DNA of 53,965 nucleotides, counting the filler, from Sphacelaria rigidula (Eukaryota), in the NCBI GenBank assembly GCA_964200075.2. It is 5 parts of 5 records of this genome, joined end to end, with 100 filler letters (N's around TTAATTAATTAA, not from the genome) between each part and the next. Parts side by side here need not be neighbours in the genome. Positions count along the whole stretch, not along the records: positions 32,442 to 43,153 come from CAXNAA020006038.1; positions 43,254 to 53,965 come from CAXNAA020006039.1; 3 more parts are not named here. One strand, written 5' to 3'. This document shows positions 36,020 to 48,640 of the stretch, in pieces. A model generated the notes under the pieces. That model made no database searches, was not told where the DNA came from, and was given only the letters and a program-made list of their open reading frames with translations. Positions within the stretch are counted from its first letter, which is position 1. Every line of letters begins with the position of its first letter. The translations under genes and the position numbers were made by a program.

Positions 36020-38732
36020 CTCCTCGGCTTCCACCTCAGCACGACGCACAAGCATCGCTCTCTTGTCGTCGCCCCCGGGTAACGGAGAATCCCGACACTG
36101 TACCGCATGACCAGCATTATTAACAATTACGTTGAACCGCGCGCGCATGCGAGAGCTCTGCAGGAAACTGATGGCAGGCATTCCCTGGGCCCGATTTACG
36201 TTAGTCCCATCATCTGCGTCATCACAATCATCGCCGTCGTGACCGGTGGTTTCAACGCTATCGAACACGCTACCGAACCCTTTTCCTGATGCACTGCATA
36301 GCGAGGAGGAGGAAGACACTGCGCGAGCTCTTCGATGGGAGCCTCCACCCGTTCCGCAGTTGCGAATAGAGCAGTGTTCAACGGCACCCTCGCCCCCAAT
36401 ATGTACCCCGAATCCCTCGCTGCCTTTTACGACGCAGTCGCAGATAAAGCACGTGCCTTGGTCCACGTTCACTCCCCCCTGCGAACATCGTACCAAGCAT
36501 CCATCCAACTCAAGGTGCGACTCGCGTCCGAGCTGATACACCGCGCCGCGGTATCCTGACCCTTGTTCGAGGGTAAGATTGGCTAAGCGCACACGCACAG
36601 CTCTTCTGCATTTGCCTCTGCCTCTGACGGCGCCACTGACGGCTGAATCAGACGTCTCCACAGCCACCTCGGCAGGCCCAAACGCACCATCTTCCCATCC
36701 GCTATCGCTATCGTCGTCACCTTCACCACCGCCCCTGTCCCCAGTATTGGCGGCGGCGGTGGAAGGAGCGCCCGCATCTCCCATGATCCCGATCAGATAG
36801 TGCTCCGCCTGCGAGATGTTCAAGCAAGGATCGGGCTGCTGGCCCGGGGTCGGGCTCATAATGTTGTACAACACGCAGGTCTTTGCAGATCCGGCGCCTA
36901 TGATCTCTACGCTGGACAGTAAGTGCTGCAGTCCCCAAGCGCGCGCCTCGTACCTCCCTGGCGTAAGCAGGATCACATCTCCCGCACGCAGAGCATTACC
37001 TAACCGTTCCCGCTCCTCGAAGGAGTAGAACAACCACGACTCGCCATCCTCACTCACTTTTCGCAGCGCCCGCTCCGCTCTCGCCGTCTTCAGTGTCAGC
37101 GACGCTGGTACAGTCGTCGAGCCATGCCGCACGGGCGAATTCGTAGGTGCCGCGAGGTCGACAGCGGTTGGTGCTGATGCAACGAGCACATGGACGGAGA
37201 AGCCCGCTGGGCGGCCGATGTAGGTGGCGGAAGCCGGGGGCAGGCTGCTGCCCCTCCTGTTCTTGCCAAACCGGCGCTGATAGTACGTGGCAGTCTCCGT
37301 ACGGCGAGGGCCGGGACAGTTGGGGGACGGTGGCTTCATCTTCGGGGAGAAGTCGACAACTGGCACGAACGTTGATACATCGTTCGATGGCTCAGCCTGT
37401 TCTCCGTCCTCCTGTCCTGCCTTGCCTTTCTGTGCTGTCGTGGGTGACTTCTCAGCGTCGTTGAGTGGTGTGACCACCTCGTCTCTATGCGAGGAGTCCG
37501 GGGATGAAACCGTGTCTGTCTCTTCCAGCGGAACTTCCGGCAGCACCGACGGTCGTTGGTTCGGAGGCAGGGAAGTTGGAGACAACGCGGGACCTGGACT
37601 GCCCGGAGGTCGAGGTCGTGGCGACAATCTTCGCAACGCTCTTGGCGAACTGCCGTTAATCGCCAGGCCCTGCGGTGATGACATCGAGGACCGGGACAAT
37701 CCGTTGACGAACTCACCCGGGAGCACAGAAGGCGACGAAGCTCTGGGAGGCGCCACTGGCAAACTGTGCCGTGTCTGCGGAGAGGTAGGGCCCTTCAATG
37801 CCGGTCTTGACAGAAGTTCGAGCAAACCGTTGGATGACTCTTCCTCTGTTGGAGACGGACCAGCGAGCACCTCGTCATTATCCACTCCATCCCCACTGGG
37901 TGGAGGTGCGGTAACAGTTAGCCCCGCGCGTACCTCCTCGACGCGCGCTTCTTTGATGTCCAGCGACGGCGAAGGAGGCACAGCTTCTTGCGCTCCTGCC
38001 CCGACCCCGCCATGCTGCTCGATACCCGCTGCTGGTTCCACGCTATTCTCCTCCTTCAACTCCCCTGCTGCAACCGGCGAGTGCGACTCAGGCTCGCCAG
38101 TCTCCTCCGGGCCTCCCTCTGTGGAAAGAGGTCGCAAATCTTGACTATCTGTCGAAATAGAACCCGTGGTTGCTGTTTGTGCTGCTTCCGCCACCACTGC
38201 CGAGCCAGTTAATGCCAGCAAAATATCATCCGATCCCTCCCCCTTCTCCGACAACGTCTCGCGGTCTTGCTGCTCCACGACAACGTCTTGTGCGTTAACG
38301 TTCACCGAAACCTCGTCATCCTGCTGTGAGTTGTTTGAGTTGGGGATGCCTGTATCATGTGCACAGTGGTCTGCTGTGGGGGGCGGCCTGTCTTGAGCAC
38401 ATGTTGAGACCGATGGAGAGGACAAAGCTAACGGTGTCCCGGCTGCTGCTGCTGCTGCTTCCATTACCACCATCGCCGAGCCCGACTGTGCCCCAAGATC
38501 GCTGCCCAAAATTCCTTCCACTTTGCTGTCTCGCCATTGTTGGTCTTCGGTATCCACATCCACATCCGATGAAACCTCGGCATTACGATGTGTATCGGAC
38601 GGACGAGGCATGGCAGCTGCATCTGCTCGATCGTCCGCCGTGCCAAGTGTGAAGTCTTGACCACCCACCGAGATCGGCAATGAAATAGGCGCGTTTTTCC
38701 CTGTAGCTGCTGTTTCCGCCGTCGTCACCGTC

Positions 38733-38763
<31 letters not shown>

Positions 38764-40244
38764 ATGGGTCAGACATTGCCTCCGCACTGGCGCTAGATTT
38801 CTCCCGGCCTTCCACCCCAATATCGTGTTCCTGTGCCTGTTGAAGTGAACTCTGCTCTCCAGCGCCCTGCGACACAACCTCGCCGCCCTGCTGTACATTT
38901 TCGGGCTCACATTCAACAGGGTCCCTTATGCTCCCCTCGTTCATGGGAGATTGTGAGCCTTGAGCACTCGCCAGATCATTTTGGGGAGCACATCCACTAG
39001 CGATGACTTCTGTCGTTGATGGACCGATCCTATTTCGGGGAACCCCTTCAGAAGTGACACTAACCACTTCTGCCGATGGACTGATGCTGTCATTTGAGGG
39101 GGACTTTCCAATAGCAGCGCTAACTAGTTCTGCCGTTATGGGACTGATGCTCGGAGGTGGTATCGGTACGGGCGCTCCCTGTGCTCTTGCTCCACCCAAA
39201 CCGTCCACTGACGAAGCTCGTTTCACCGCGGACAAATAATCATCATGGGGCGATCTTCCGCCACCCACGGATTGCGCACGGTGTGCAACTAGAGCGTATG
39301 GTGGGGGAGGGCCTCTCTTGCCCAAGCCCCCTGTCGCCGTTGCGAATCCCTTGACCCTGATCCGATGCTTATTTTCCGCAGCGGCGGCATAAGCCGGCGC
39401 GCTCATCCTCCTGTCGCTCAGGCCACTGTCCCCAACGGGCGTCTCTCGTGCGGGAGGGGGAGAACGGTTGTCGGTAGGGAACACCCCGGGTCCACACGTG
39501 TTACTCCTGTCCTTCGAACTCGGGAGAGAACTGAACCAACCAGTGCCCACCATCCTCTCCCTCGTAGATGCCGGGATGCGAAGGATGCGACCCGATCCCG
39601 TTCGATTTTCACGCGAAAACGGCCCCGGGGTCCTCCCAAGCGGCGGCGATGGCGACGCAGGTCTGTCCCATTCGGTACTGTGCTGACCTCGAGTCGAGCG
39701 CAGTCTGTTCCCGCTGGGCAGCCTGATGATTTTCCCCAGATTGTTTCCCAAACTGTTTTCGGCGGCAGCGCTACCACCAGTACTACTCTGCCAACTACGG
39801 GCCGAGTTGAGCCTTTCAAACGGCGGTGGAGATGCCAAGCCCTCTTGTGATCCTAACCGCTGGTTACGCTGCAGCTGTTGCTCCGGGGGCGGCGGTGACG
39901 GCGAAACCCTCCGCCTGCTGCTCCATGGAGCTGGGCTGCGGCCGTACGGCGCAGTAGGTGACGCATTTCTACTCCTCGAAGGTGCCTCATGTTGGGGTCC
40001 AAAAAAAGGGTGCCTGGTCGGGGCGTTCTCGCGATTCCGCGGCGTCGGCGTCACGCCCAATTGGGCGGACGGCTGCCGCCGAGGACCTCCCCGAGCGGCG
40101 GTTCCGGTGCTGCTAGTGAGAATCTTGTGCTGGCGACCCGAGCGCGTGGACTCAGCAGGCGACGGCGGCGCCCGCACGGTCGGCGGATCTGCGCGCACGC
40201 AGCGCAAGCGATGGGTCGGCCATCTCAGCTTTTGGCATGCCGCG
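36020..40244 (-). CDS. Large protein, ~4.2-kb exon: long disordered Pro/Ser/Glu-rich region followed by a right-handed (pectin-lyase-like) beta-helix
   Basis: Stop-free 1532-codon frame; T-rich acceptor ttttttttgcccacttgcag| at 40245-40247; LRAGDVILLTPGRY...VEIIGAG, LELDGCLVRCSQGGVNV, CVVKGSEGFGVHI, VEHCSIRNC, FNVIVNNAGHAV are beta-helix repeats; donor gag|gtgaaa phase 0. The 5' boundary is less certain. Confidence 0.85.
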
Positions 40245-40959
40245 CTGCAAGTGGGCAAAAAAAAGGCAACCGGGGAGTACGAAGGCCGCGTGGAGGTGGA
40301 GGGAAAACAGTATTTGAGCGAAGCTTGTGTCATCGCCTTGGACATACAAAAGAGCATAATTAAGTTGGCACACGGGGAAGAAGGGAATATACGTCAGCAT
40401 TCCTTGACAGACACCAAACAAGAAAAATCGATCGTGTGGGGGCAAAGAGGGTCCATACTGTGAAACAATAACTCCACCCCCAACTTATATTTTACCCACC
40501 GAAAGGCGGATGGATGGAGAATAGTCTAAATATAGTTCAACGCGAGTGAACAATTCTGGGTTTATCATTCCCGGTGAAGTGGACCTGGGACTGCTTTGTA
40601 ATGTCGGCAACACGGAGAATGACCCCGGCAATCGCAAAGTTGAAGAGGGGTCGTGACTGATGTAAAAACACGTTTAAGCTGGGTATACATATCCGAGTAC
40701 AACACAGGGTAGCATACTAATTGGGCATGATGTTTCAGTCAAGAGCCAAACGGAAGCAAGGCACCAAACGCGAAAACAAATCCTCACGCACACAGGCAGG
40801 TCAAACCGGGCGACAGCCACCACTTCTATAGGGCAGCCCTTAGGTATGCTGTGGTACGAGCACAGCTGGTGTCGCGTCGTCGCTGTGGACGCAAGTCCGG
40901 TGTGGCGGTGGCACGATTGATCCAAGCACCGCGTGCGACCGCTATGATCATCAATCTCG

Positions 40960-41420
40960 CATCCCTACAAAGCCGGGACGGAGCACGCCGAGAGTTCGCC
41001 AGACCAAGCTCGCAATTAATCACCACTCGCCGTGATGTGTTCGGCGAGTTGCATGGGGAGTGAACTGCATCCTGCAGAGATTGTTCGGTCGAGAGCGTGC
41101 TGATCATTTTGAATGTGGATGGCAGCCTCCGATGAGTTGCTTCATATTCTGGTATCACCACTTCCAGAGACAGCCACGGGTTCCACACTGCCTCATGGGT
41201 GTCTCACCATCCAAACACTACGTAGTACGATCATCCCCTTTGCGCGGAGTTGAGGTCTTCCTACCCCGCACAGCATGATCTAACTCGACGAGCACTCATG
41301 GCTACCACAAAAAAAAACACAACCGAGACAAAAAAAGTAACCTGGTTGCCTAGCTTAATGTAGCGCACTATACAGCGCTGCCAACCGACGCCAACCCTCA
41401 AGGGAGGGGGGGCAGGGGGG
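40960..41420 (-). repeat. Dispersed repeat, inverted copy of 53560-53965
   Basis: 41100-41400 aligns to the reverse complement of 53660-53965 (ccagagacagccacgg, gcggagttgagg, gttgcctagctta, ccaaccgacgccaacc); agccgggacggagcacgccg at ~40971 matches ~53618-53637. Confidence 0.8.
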
Positions 41421-42602
41421 AAGGTTATCGAGTGTAGAATGATATCAATAACATATTGGTCTTCGGTGTCCGCCGGATACTTGCTTGATTTAGTGTGAGG
41501 GTACGTGTTCCTTGATTCCAGTCAGGGCCAACCAACTATTGGATGTTAGTGGGAGATAGACTACAATTGGTTCTAGTCTCACTGAAGACATACAATAAAT
41601 ACCGCGGGGTACACAACATCGACAGGGTTAACGAATGCTCACTGAAAGCGTCCAACCCCAGCCCGGTAGGATCGCAGCATCTATTTGCCGAACTATGTTC
41701 TTGTTTTGTGCGCAGCAACACCACCAGGTCATTTGGCGGTTTCAACACGCGAAAAAGTCTTGAACTACATCTCTGGCTCATCATGGGGACGACGAAAAAG
41801 GCTAGCTCTTTTTCGGATGTTTTATAGCGACCCGTGCTCATGACACGAAAGCCTGCGCGATGACCATCCCACATCCTCATACAAGGGGTGCACGAACAGT
41901 AGATGGGATCACCTAACCAGTACTACCTACAAGTACAAGTATTGATGTGAATGAGGTCTTTCATGCGGCTATTGCAGCTCCCTGCAGCTATATTCCGAGT
42001 GCTCTTTGATACTTTTCAGACAATCTTAAGACTATATTTTTCGGCCGGAGACAGTGGGGAGCGGGGAAAGGGAGAGAATGCATATGTGTATCGATATTAT
42101 ATCATTATAGAAGGATTTTTTTCCAATTATAAAATTTACCGCATGTAGTAGGTGAGTTACATCTTCAGTGTATGGCCGAAGAGCTTTGGATGGAGGCATA
42201 TAGCGTAGAGACAGATCGTGCGGAAGCGAGTCCGTGTACATCCTGCTCTGGTATGGTGAAGATGCATATTGTTTCCGTGCGTAGGGCTTCCCGCCATGGT
42301 TCATCTCCCAAGCTTCTAACCGTCCAAATCCTCGCTGTGGAGCTGCCGCGACTAATCGTCTGTGTCTCATACTGCTGCTTCATGCTACGTCTGCGTCACT
42401 TCGCAGGTAGAGTCCACGTTTGGAGTGTGCCTGAAAAATGTCGCTGTCCTGCGGGAATAGAGTACACTGCAACGACCTACTATATCAATTGCTGCATTTG
42501 TGTTTCCTAGTGGAGAAGGAGACGGACACTGCAGCTGCAGTGGCTATACACTGAGGGTCCGCACGTTACACTCGTTACGTTCATACTTCACATCAAAAGT
42601 CG

Positions 42603-42733
42603 TCAAAAGTGAAGCCAGGCTAGTACTACGGTGCGGAACCACGTGGGAAGCCCTGATTTGACTTGATTTTTGAGAAGGGTTCCCCAGGTGGTCCCCGTCC
42701 CCCACCGTAGTACTCGCCTGGCTTCACTTTTGA
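42603..42733. repeat. 131-bp hairpin (31-bp arms, 1 mismatch)
   Basis: tcaaaagtgaagccaggctagtactacggtg ... caccgtagtactcgcctggcttcacttttga. Confidence 0.85.
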
Positions 42734-42764
42734 AGTAAAACGTGACACGACATGACACATAACG

Positions 42765-42945
42765 TCAGCGGTGCACATTCCGGCTAGGTGAGTTATAAAC
42801 CAAAACTCAGAGATGCATATCGTGGTCAAGTGAGTTGTACAGTACAAATCAGCGGTCCACATCCTGGCAGGATGAGTTATACTGTATAACTCAGCGGTGC
42901 ACATTCTGGCCACGTGAGTTATACTGCATACTGCATAACTCAGCG
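42765..42945. repeat. Minisatellite, ~4.3 x 42 bp
   Basis: Units tcagcggtgcacatt..ggc...gtgagttatac....aac, diverged. Confidence 0.85.
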
Positions 42946-42952
42946 ACCGGTC

Positions 42953-43153
42953 GCCCCGGTGGCTCAGTTGGTAAACCTCGAAACCTCCTGACGGTTGAGT
43001 AGGGGGGTTCAATTCCTGGAACTATCTAGGATTTTTTCTCACATGCCCAACAGTGGAGAGCGACCATGTCGTGGGTACACAAAATTCGACTTAACGGTCG
43101 ACGAGGGAAAGGGACTGCTGAACCCCCTATCGCGATAAAAAATAAAGGCAGGC
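42953..43153 (+). mobile_element. tRNA-derived SINE (cut by gap)
   Basis: gccccggtggctcagttggta (A box) ... ggttcaattcc (B box); no proper cloverleaf or anticodon arm; same gccccggtgg start as the SINE at 15571. Confidence 0.7.
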
Positions 43154-43255
43154 NNNNNNNNNNNNNNNNNNNNNNNNNNNNNNNNNNNNNNNNNNNNTTA
43201 ATTAATTAANNNNNNNNNNNNNNNNNNNNNNNNNNNNNNNNNNNNNNNNNNNNTT

Positions 43256-43310
43256 GTTGCTTGCCTTAGTCGTGTGACCATTGACCACGCATCCCTTTCG
43301 AGACGGAGCA
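43256..43310 (+). repeat. Short dispersed repeat also at 53236-53290
   Basis: tgcttgccttag....tgaccattg...acgcatccctttcgagacggagca in both places. Confidence 0.8.
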
Positions 43311-45619
43311 CCGAAAATCGGAGGGGGGGGGGAATCCGTGTTCAAAAATCTTCCCCCCACAGTGTTATGCGTGGTGAAAGCAACAGTGTCTGGAGGGTGT
43401 TGGCGACAACACCTCCAGGATAGTACTGACTGCGTGGATCGACACCTTCACGCTGGCGATAACTCCCACACACTGTCGCCAACATATTCGACATTGTCGC
43501 CGACACCTCTTATACCCCCCGACAGTTTGAAGCTTTCGGTGACAGTATCGCTGACCGTCGGCTACACAACCACAGCGGTGGAGTATACTGCACGGCACCT
43601 CCGACTACCCGATCACTCCGACAGAGGTGACGAATATCAGGGAGTCGGGGGTGGTACATGACCTTCGGCAACGCCATGAGTGCTGTCGTGTAAATCTGTC
43701 TTGCCAGTGCACACGAACTCGCGCACTAAGTACCGCAGTTGGTAAGTGATACATCTGTATGTCCCCTTCCCTTCCTGCTTGTTTTTGTTTTTGTTACCGT
43801 CTTTTTGGTTTGATTTGGTTTGGTTTTGGTTCCTCAGTTTACTCCTTTTCTTGTTTGTTCCATATTTTCGTTCGTTTCCACTTTCAACTTTAATTTTGCT
43901 AGCATTTCAATTCATTTTGCTCAACCTTGATTCCAACTATCAAAATATAAATATTGTAGATATTCTTGTGGATAATGACCACAGCTGTCCCTCGGGCATC
44001 AGTTAATGTGCGACAATTAATTAGTCAGTTCACACGAACGCATCGTACTACCCTGTGCAAATCACCCGCTGCAACGCCAGACGCGTGGACTCCCGTTGAA
44101 TGCTCGGATGATAATGAGCGGCTATGCTGTATCGGCCGTAGTCCGGAGCTCTCGCGGTATCTAGGCTTTGATTGTCAACACTGGCAAGCGCGAACAGGAC
44201 CACGGCGCCCCGATCAACACTACTGTATATTTGCAACACCCGTACTGTAGAGAAACTAAACCTGTCGATCCTGCGCACCGACTTACGAGTACATGCATCT
44301 AGGTTACCGCTCAATCATTAAGCTCAGGCTTCTTTCACTCCTCTCTTCGTCGGCAATAGGACAATCCACGAGGGTGGTTAAGAGCGTTTCGGTGAAAACC
44401 CGCGCCTTGGAAGAAGCTGCCAACGGTTAAAACCCAGTGATCCAACGCTGAATCTAGCCGCATAACAACCTGCGCAGCGTCAATCGGAGCTGGGACGAAC
44501 AACGGAGAAGCCATCTGTTTCGTCAGCGCCTGTAGTAGGCTGGTTCCTACATATGGAGGACATCGGTACAGTCGTGGCACACATCTTCTCTGTCACAGAG
44601 CAATGTGTCATTTTGAGCCTCAAGGCGGCGTGCCTTTTTGAGTCCAGTGTAGCTCGGAGAAAATACAGATCGTTTTTGACGGATACATTATCTACAGTAC
44701 ACCCGTTCCCTGTGCTGGCTCCACGTGTATCTTGTTGGGCATGCAATAACCGACACTGGTAGACGTCATGGCCGGCAAGGTACATCTTGAACCGCAACTC
44801 AGATGCAGGAACTACTTACTATATACACCGACCCACTGCACGCCCGCATTCAGTATTCAAAGAATCGGAAGCTGGTATCCGCACACACATGCATGTGCCC
44901 GCGGTAAATCAATGTCTACAAGAGCGCTGAAAGAAATGATACCCAACACGCACACACACGCCTCACCTTCCTGGCGACGAAATTGGAATTAGCAAAACAA
45001 GGCGAGAGTACCTCGAAGGTCTCTGTTGCAAACCAGCACCGAAAACGCCTGCTCTCGTTCGACCTTCCAAAACCCGACCACACAAGGGCAAGATACACAG
45101 AACACAAGTGCGCACATGGAACACTTGCCCATCTCCCCAACCGCTACTGCCAGTGCTGCTGTAGCACCAGCACACAGGGGCACCACGGTCGAGAAGCAGC
45201 GCCGTTCCACAGCATTAATCAGGTCGTCCATATCATCATGAGCATACCAGTTTACCGCCGTACCCTTATTTGCATACCCAACACCCTCCCCTCCCCCCGT
45301 CCTGATCAAAATGCGTGCAAGCCTCGAGAGCGCCCCGCCCCCTGCCCAAACGACGGAATAGCCGAGAAACTTTGGGGCAGTCCAAAAATACCCGCGCACG
45401 CACGCACGCACGCACGCGAAATCTCTCTCACAGTCTGCCGCCGACCTCATCGACAGAAGGCGCCATCTAGGGCTTTCAAAGGCGAACCGTAACACCATGG
45501 TTGAGTCACGTCGCGTCTACAGTCGAGGGGTTTCCCCCGTCTGGTTTTACAGATTGCTGCAGAACCTCAACATATCCAAAGGTTCAAAGCGGCGGCTTCA
45601 TGAATGAGCAATCACGACA

Positions 45620-45826
45620 TCACGACAGAGCCTCGAACGCCTCGATGAACGCCTCTGGCGGCTGTGCCCCCGACAACGGCAATGTAGCACGGCTACCTTC
45701 GCGAGACAAGACGAAATAAGGTACTCCCGACACTCCCTCACTCCGAGCGGCCTTTTCGTACTCGTACAAGACCTCGTCTTTTCCCTCCTTGCCTTGTAGG
45801 TAGTCTTTGCTGCATTCCACGTCAGC
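45620..45826 (-). CDS. DsbA/FrnE-like oxidoreductase, terminal exon
   Basis: ADVECSKDYL...GVSGVPYFV...LSGAQPPEAFIEAFEALS*; cis-Pro GVP and SGAQ motifs. Confidence 0.92.
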   Translation of the reverse strand, partial: ADVECSKDYLQGKEGKDEVLYEYEKAARSEGVSGVPYFVLSREGSRATLPLSGAQPPEAFIEAFEALS

Positions 45827-47449
45827 CTTTCAGGAGTTTACATGAGGACAACAAGCGTGTGTCGAGGTGGGAAGATGAGGGAGGAGAGGGGAGGCGTTGG
45901 CAAAAAACGTTAGTGGTATGGCTCAGTCGATGCAGAAAAATGTATAAAAACTTGAGCTTTTTTACAGCACAGCGCATTGTTGATAGGATATATCAAGAGG
46001 CACAGCAGGGTAACGTCTTATGGATATTAAAATCTGACCATATTGATTATTGCTGTGGAAGATGTTCAACAGCAATGGTGGCCTCCAAACAAGAACAACC
46101 GCCCCCACTTGTTTTGGATACTTCGATAATTTCCTCAATCTTTGGACCGCAAGGGTAGTCTACCTGGATCATTCATACTTTTTTCAAGTGAAATTGATGC
46201 CGATTCCACACATGACCTATTCTCGCTGTCCAAGGTTCACGAGAAATCTACCTCACTTGCCGAAATCGCCAGGCGCCCTAGATTTCGAGGGCTTCACTTT
46301 CCGAAAATCCAACTTGTTGTTGTTGTTATTGTTGCTGTCGTCGTCGATGACGACGTTGTCTTCACATCAAAAACCTTTTCGATATCTGCGCAGTACTCTG
46401 TACTGGGAATCTGATGCGGACGTCTTCGGTAGTCACAGACGAACTACTCCACGCTAGGGTAAAAGAAAATCATACACGATATCATGAATGAAAGAGTCGC
46501 AGTGTTCTATCAACAGGAAAAAGCACCACGTAACAACACACACCACCTCGGGAGGAGGGGTGCATGGGAGTCATAGTAGAAAAAATAATACAAGGGGAGA
46601 TGATGGGGGGATCCTGCCACTTTCGCCATGTTCAGTTCAGTGCAAGATGGCCACGCATTCTTCCATCTCGTCCCTCCTCTTCTTTAAGCTCCCGTTCAAT
46701 CGCACGTAGTCAGCTGGCCTCTTCCTCGTTCTTGTGCCTAGAAACCATTGACATCTCCGCTCGCTATAGCACCCCCGCGTGCCATGGTACAACTGAAAAC
46801 AAAAATATGTGAAAATGACGTTTGAATTTCGCCAGGAACACTACCGGTATCACATTTTTACATCTCCAGCTGGGTTTCGGTAAGTGGAACCTACAGAACC
46901 TACACCACAGGAGCGCGTGGAACCGGGAAAGTGAGCTAGACTTTCTCAGCAAGGTGATGCAAACGATCCCAGAGAGTTGGACGTGATTACTTTCGTCACG
47001 CATTACATAATTTGACACAAAAATAACTCCTGCCATCATACGATGTGGCATGTTGTCTTGATTTTTCTTTTTTTCTCGAGCCCCCGAACGTATGACCAGC
47101 CAGAAGGAGATGTTGTAGAGATCGTGGAGGGCACAATCATGAACTGCGCAGAAACATCCCGGAGACTAATTGCTGTGCGTCACAACGTCAACACTGACGA
47201 ATCGAACGCTCAACGTGCGTTCGGTGGCCAAAACAGCGACGAAGCATGCCATAGCGGGGTAGACACAACAGATAGATTGACGGCGACGAATTAGGGACCT
47301 CGAGCAGCCTGGCTTCATCTCCTCACTTGCGTCAACGATATTGAAAAATATTCCGAAAACACCCTGCTCCACCGGAAAAGACGGCGTACACCTGCCGTTA
47401 CGTCAGAAAGCATCGGGTACGCAACGCTTGTCATGAAGGTATGTCGCAC

Positions 47450-47603
47450 CTTCTTGGCGAGATCAAGCAGCACGTCGACGTCGGCGATGTTCCTGCCCTC
47501 CTCGAAGTAGCCGTGGAAAAGTTGTTCGATCATGTCGCCACCCTTGCCCTGCTCGCTGGCTAGCCGAACCAGGCGGTGAGAACGAATCGTGTTGTGTACC
47601 CGC
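47450..47603 (-). CDS. DsbA/FrnE-like oxidoreductase, internal exon
   Basis: gacag|, phase 2/0; RVHNTIRSHRLVRLA...IEQLFHGYFEEGRNIADVDVLLDLAKK|gtgcga. Confidence 0.92.
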
Positions 47604-47919
47604 CTGTCATCACGAGCAGCGAGTGAATTCCGTTTGCTAGCGAAAGTAAGGGAAGTAAGCTCCTGCATGCGCACATGTGCGAACGCAGCGTGTTCATTTT
47701 ACTTCTCAAATCTACACACGTAACAACAGGAAGTAGCAGCCGGGCGCTGCTGGGCTCTGGACGGGCCGGGTTTCATGAACGGCGGCGACAGTTGAAACCT
47801 GACTGGACAGTTTACATATACCCCACACCTCACGAAACGGCGGGGAGTGTTGTGTTCCCGCCCCTGGAGGCTTGCCTGTGAACCGTGAACACTACTACAT
47901 ACGTCGCGACTGTCGGTAC

Positions 47920-48020
47920 CTGTCTTTGTTGAAGTTGATTCCAGTCAGCTCTCCAGCCTTCTCTAGGGCTGTCGACATGCGCGAGCCCGCACCCTTTCCG
48001 TATTTTTTCTCGAGGTATTC
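47920..48020 (-). CDS. DsbA/FrnE-like oxidoreductase, internal exon
   Basis: ccag|EYLEKKYGKGAGSRMSTALEKAGELTGINFNKD(R)|gtaccg, phase 0/2; not in the ORF track. Confidence 0.88.
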
Positions 48021-48466
48021 CTGGAGTATGACGAGAAACGCGCACGTTCGAATTATTTATAATTTTCGGGGCTTCCGCGAGAGTCCAGAGTACAAACCAT
48101 GGGACATTCGAGGAGTTCACGGTAGACATCGAATTGTGGGCATTGTTCACAGCTACTTGTTCATGCGACATATGCAGGCGTACCCATATGCACGTGGGAA
48201 AAGAGTGCTCAAAAGACGGCACTACCCGAGCTAAGTTTGATACCTGGGTAAGACTCTCCAATGCTCGAAAAATCCTACTTGGTGTCATGATAATCATTCT
48301 GTTTGCAAACTTCGCCAGGCAGCGAGAGTACACCACAGTGTTGCGTTCACCAAAACTCGTGCAAAGCTGGCGACAACGTTCCTATTCGCTTTCAAAAATC
48401 AGCGCAGGAGCACGTTGACGTGTTGTAACCACCTGACATCACCCTTGAGAGTCTACGCTCACGCAC

Positions 48467-48640
48467 CGCGATTGGTTCCTCCGATGTCTCCGGGGAGGCG
48501 ACGTTGAGGAAAAATGGTTTCCAGCTCACTTCGAAGGAGGGAGCGGCCCCCGTAGGTTGTGTTGCAGAGTATTTCTGCATCGCGCTCTCGAGGTTTCGCT
48601 TGCCCACGAAGCACCAAGGGCACACATTGTCACTGATAAC
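48467..48640 (-). CDS. DsbA/FrnE-like oxidoreductase, exon with CPWC active site
   Basis: ccag|VISDNVCPWCFVGKRNLESAM...VSWKPFFLN...EPIA|gtgcgt; the SDxxCPWCxxGKR and WxPFxLN motifs define the FrnE-like DsbA subfamily. Confidence 0.92.

Noticed and set aside
37287..40463. Plus-strand ORFs of 285, 161 and 245 aa
   Set aside because: Antisense shadows of the GC-rich 4.2-kb exon.
42953..43025. Possible tRNA gene
   Set aside because: A and B boxes are present but the anticodon and acceptor stems do not pair, and it continues into a SINE-like body.
48610..48625. Possible selenocysteine in the DsbA active site
   Set aside because: Codons are tgc-cct-tgg-tgc (CPWC); there is no in-frame TGA.
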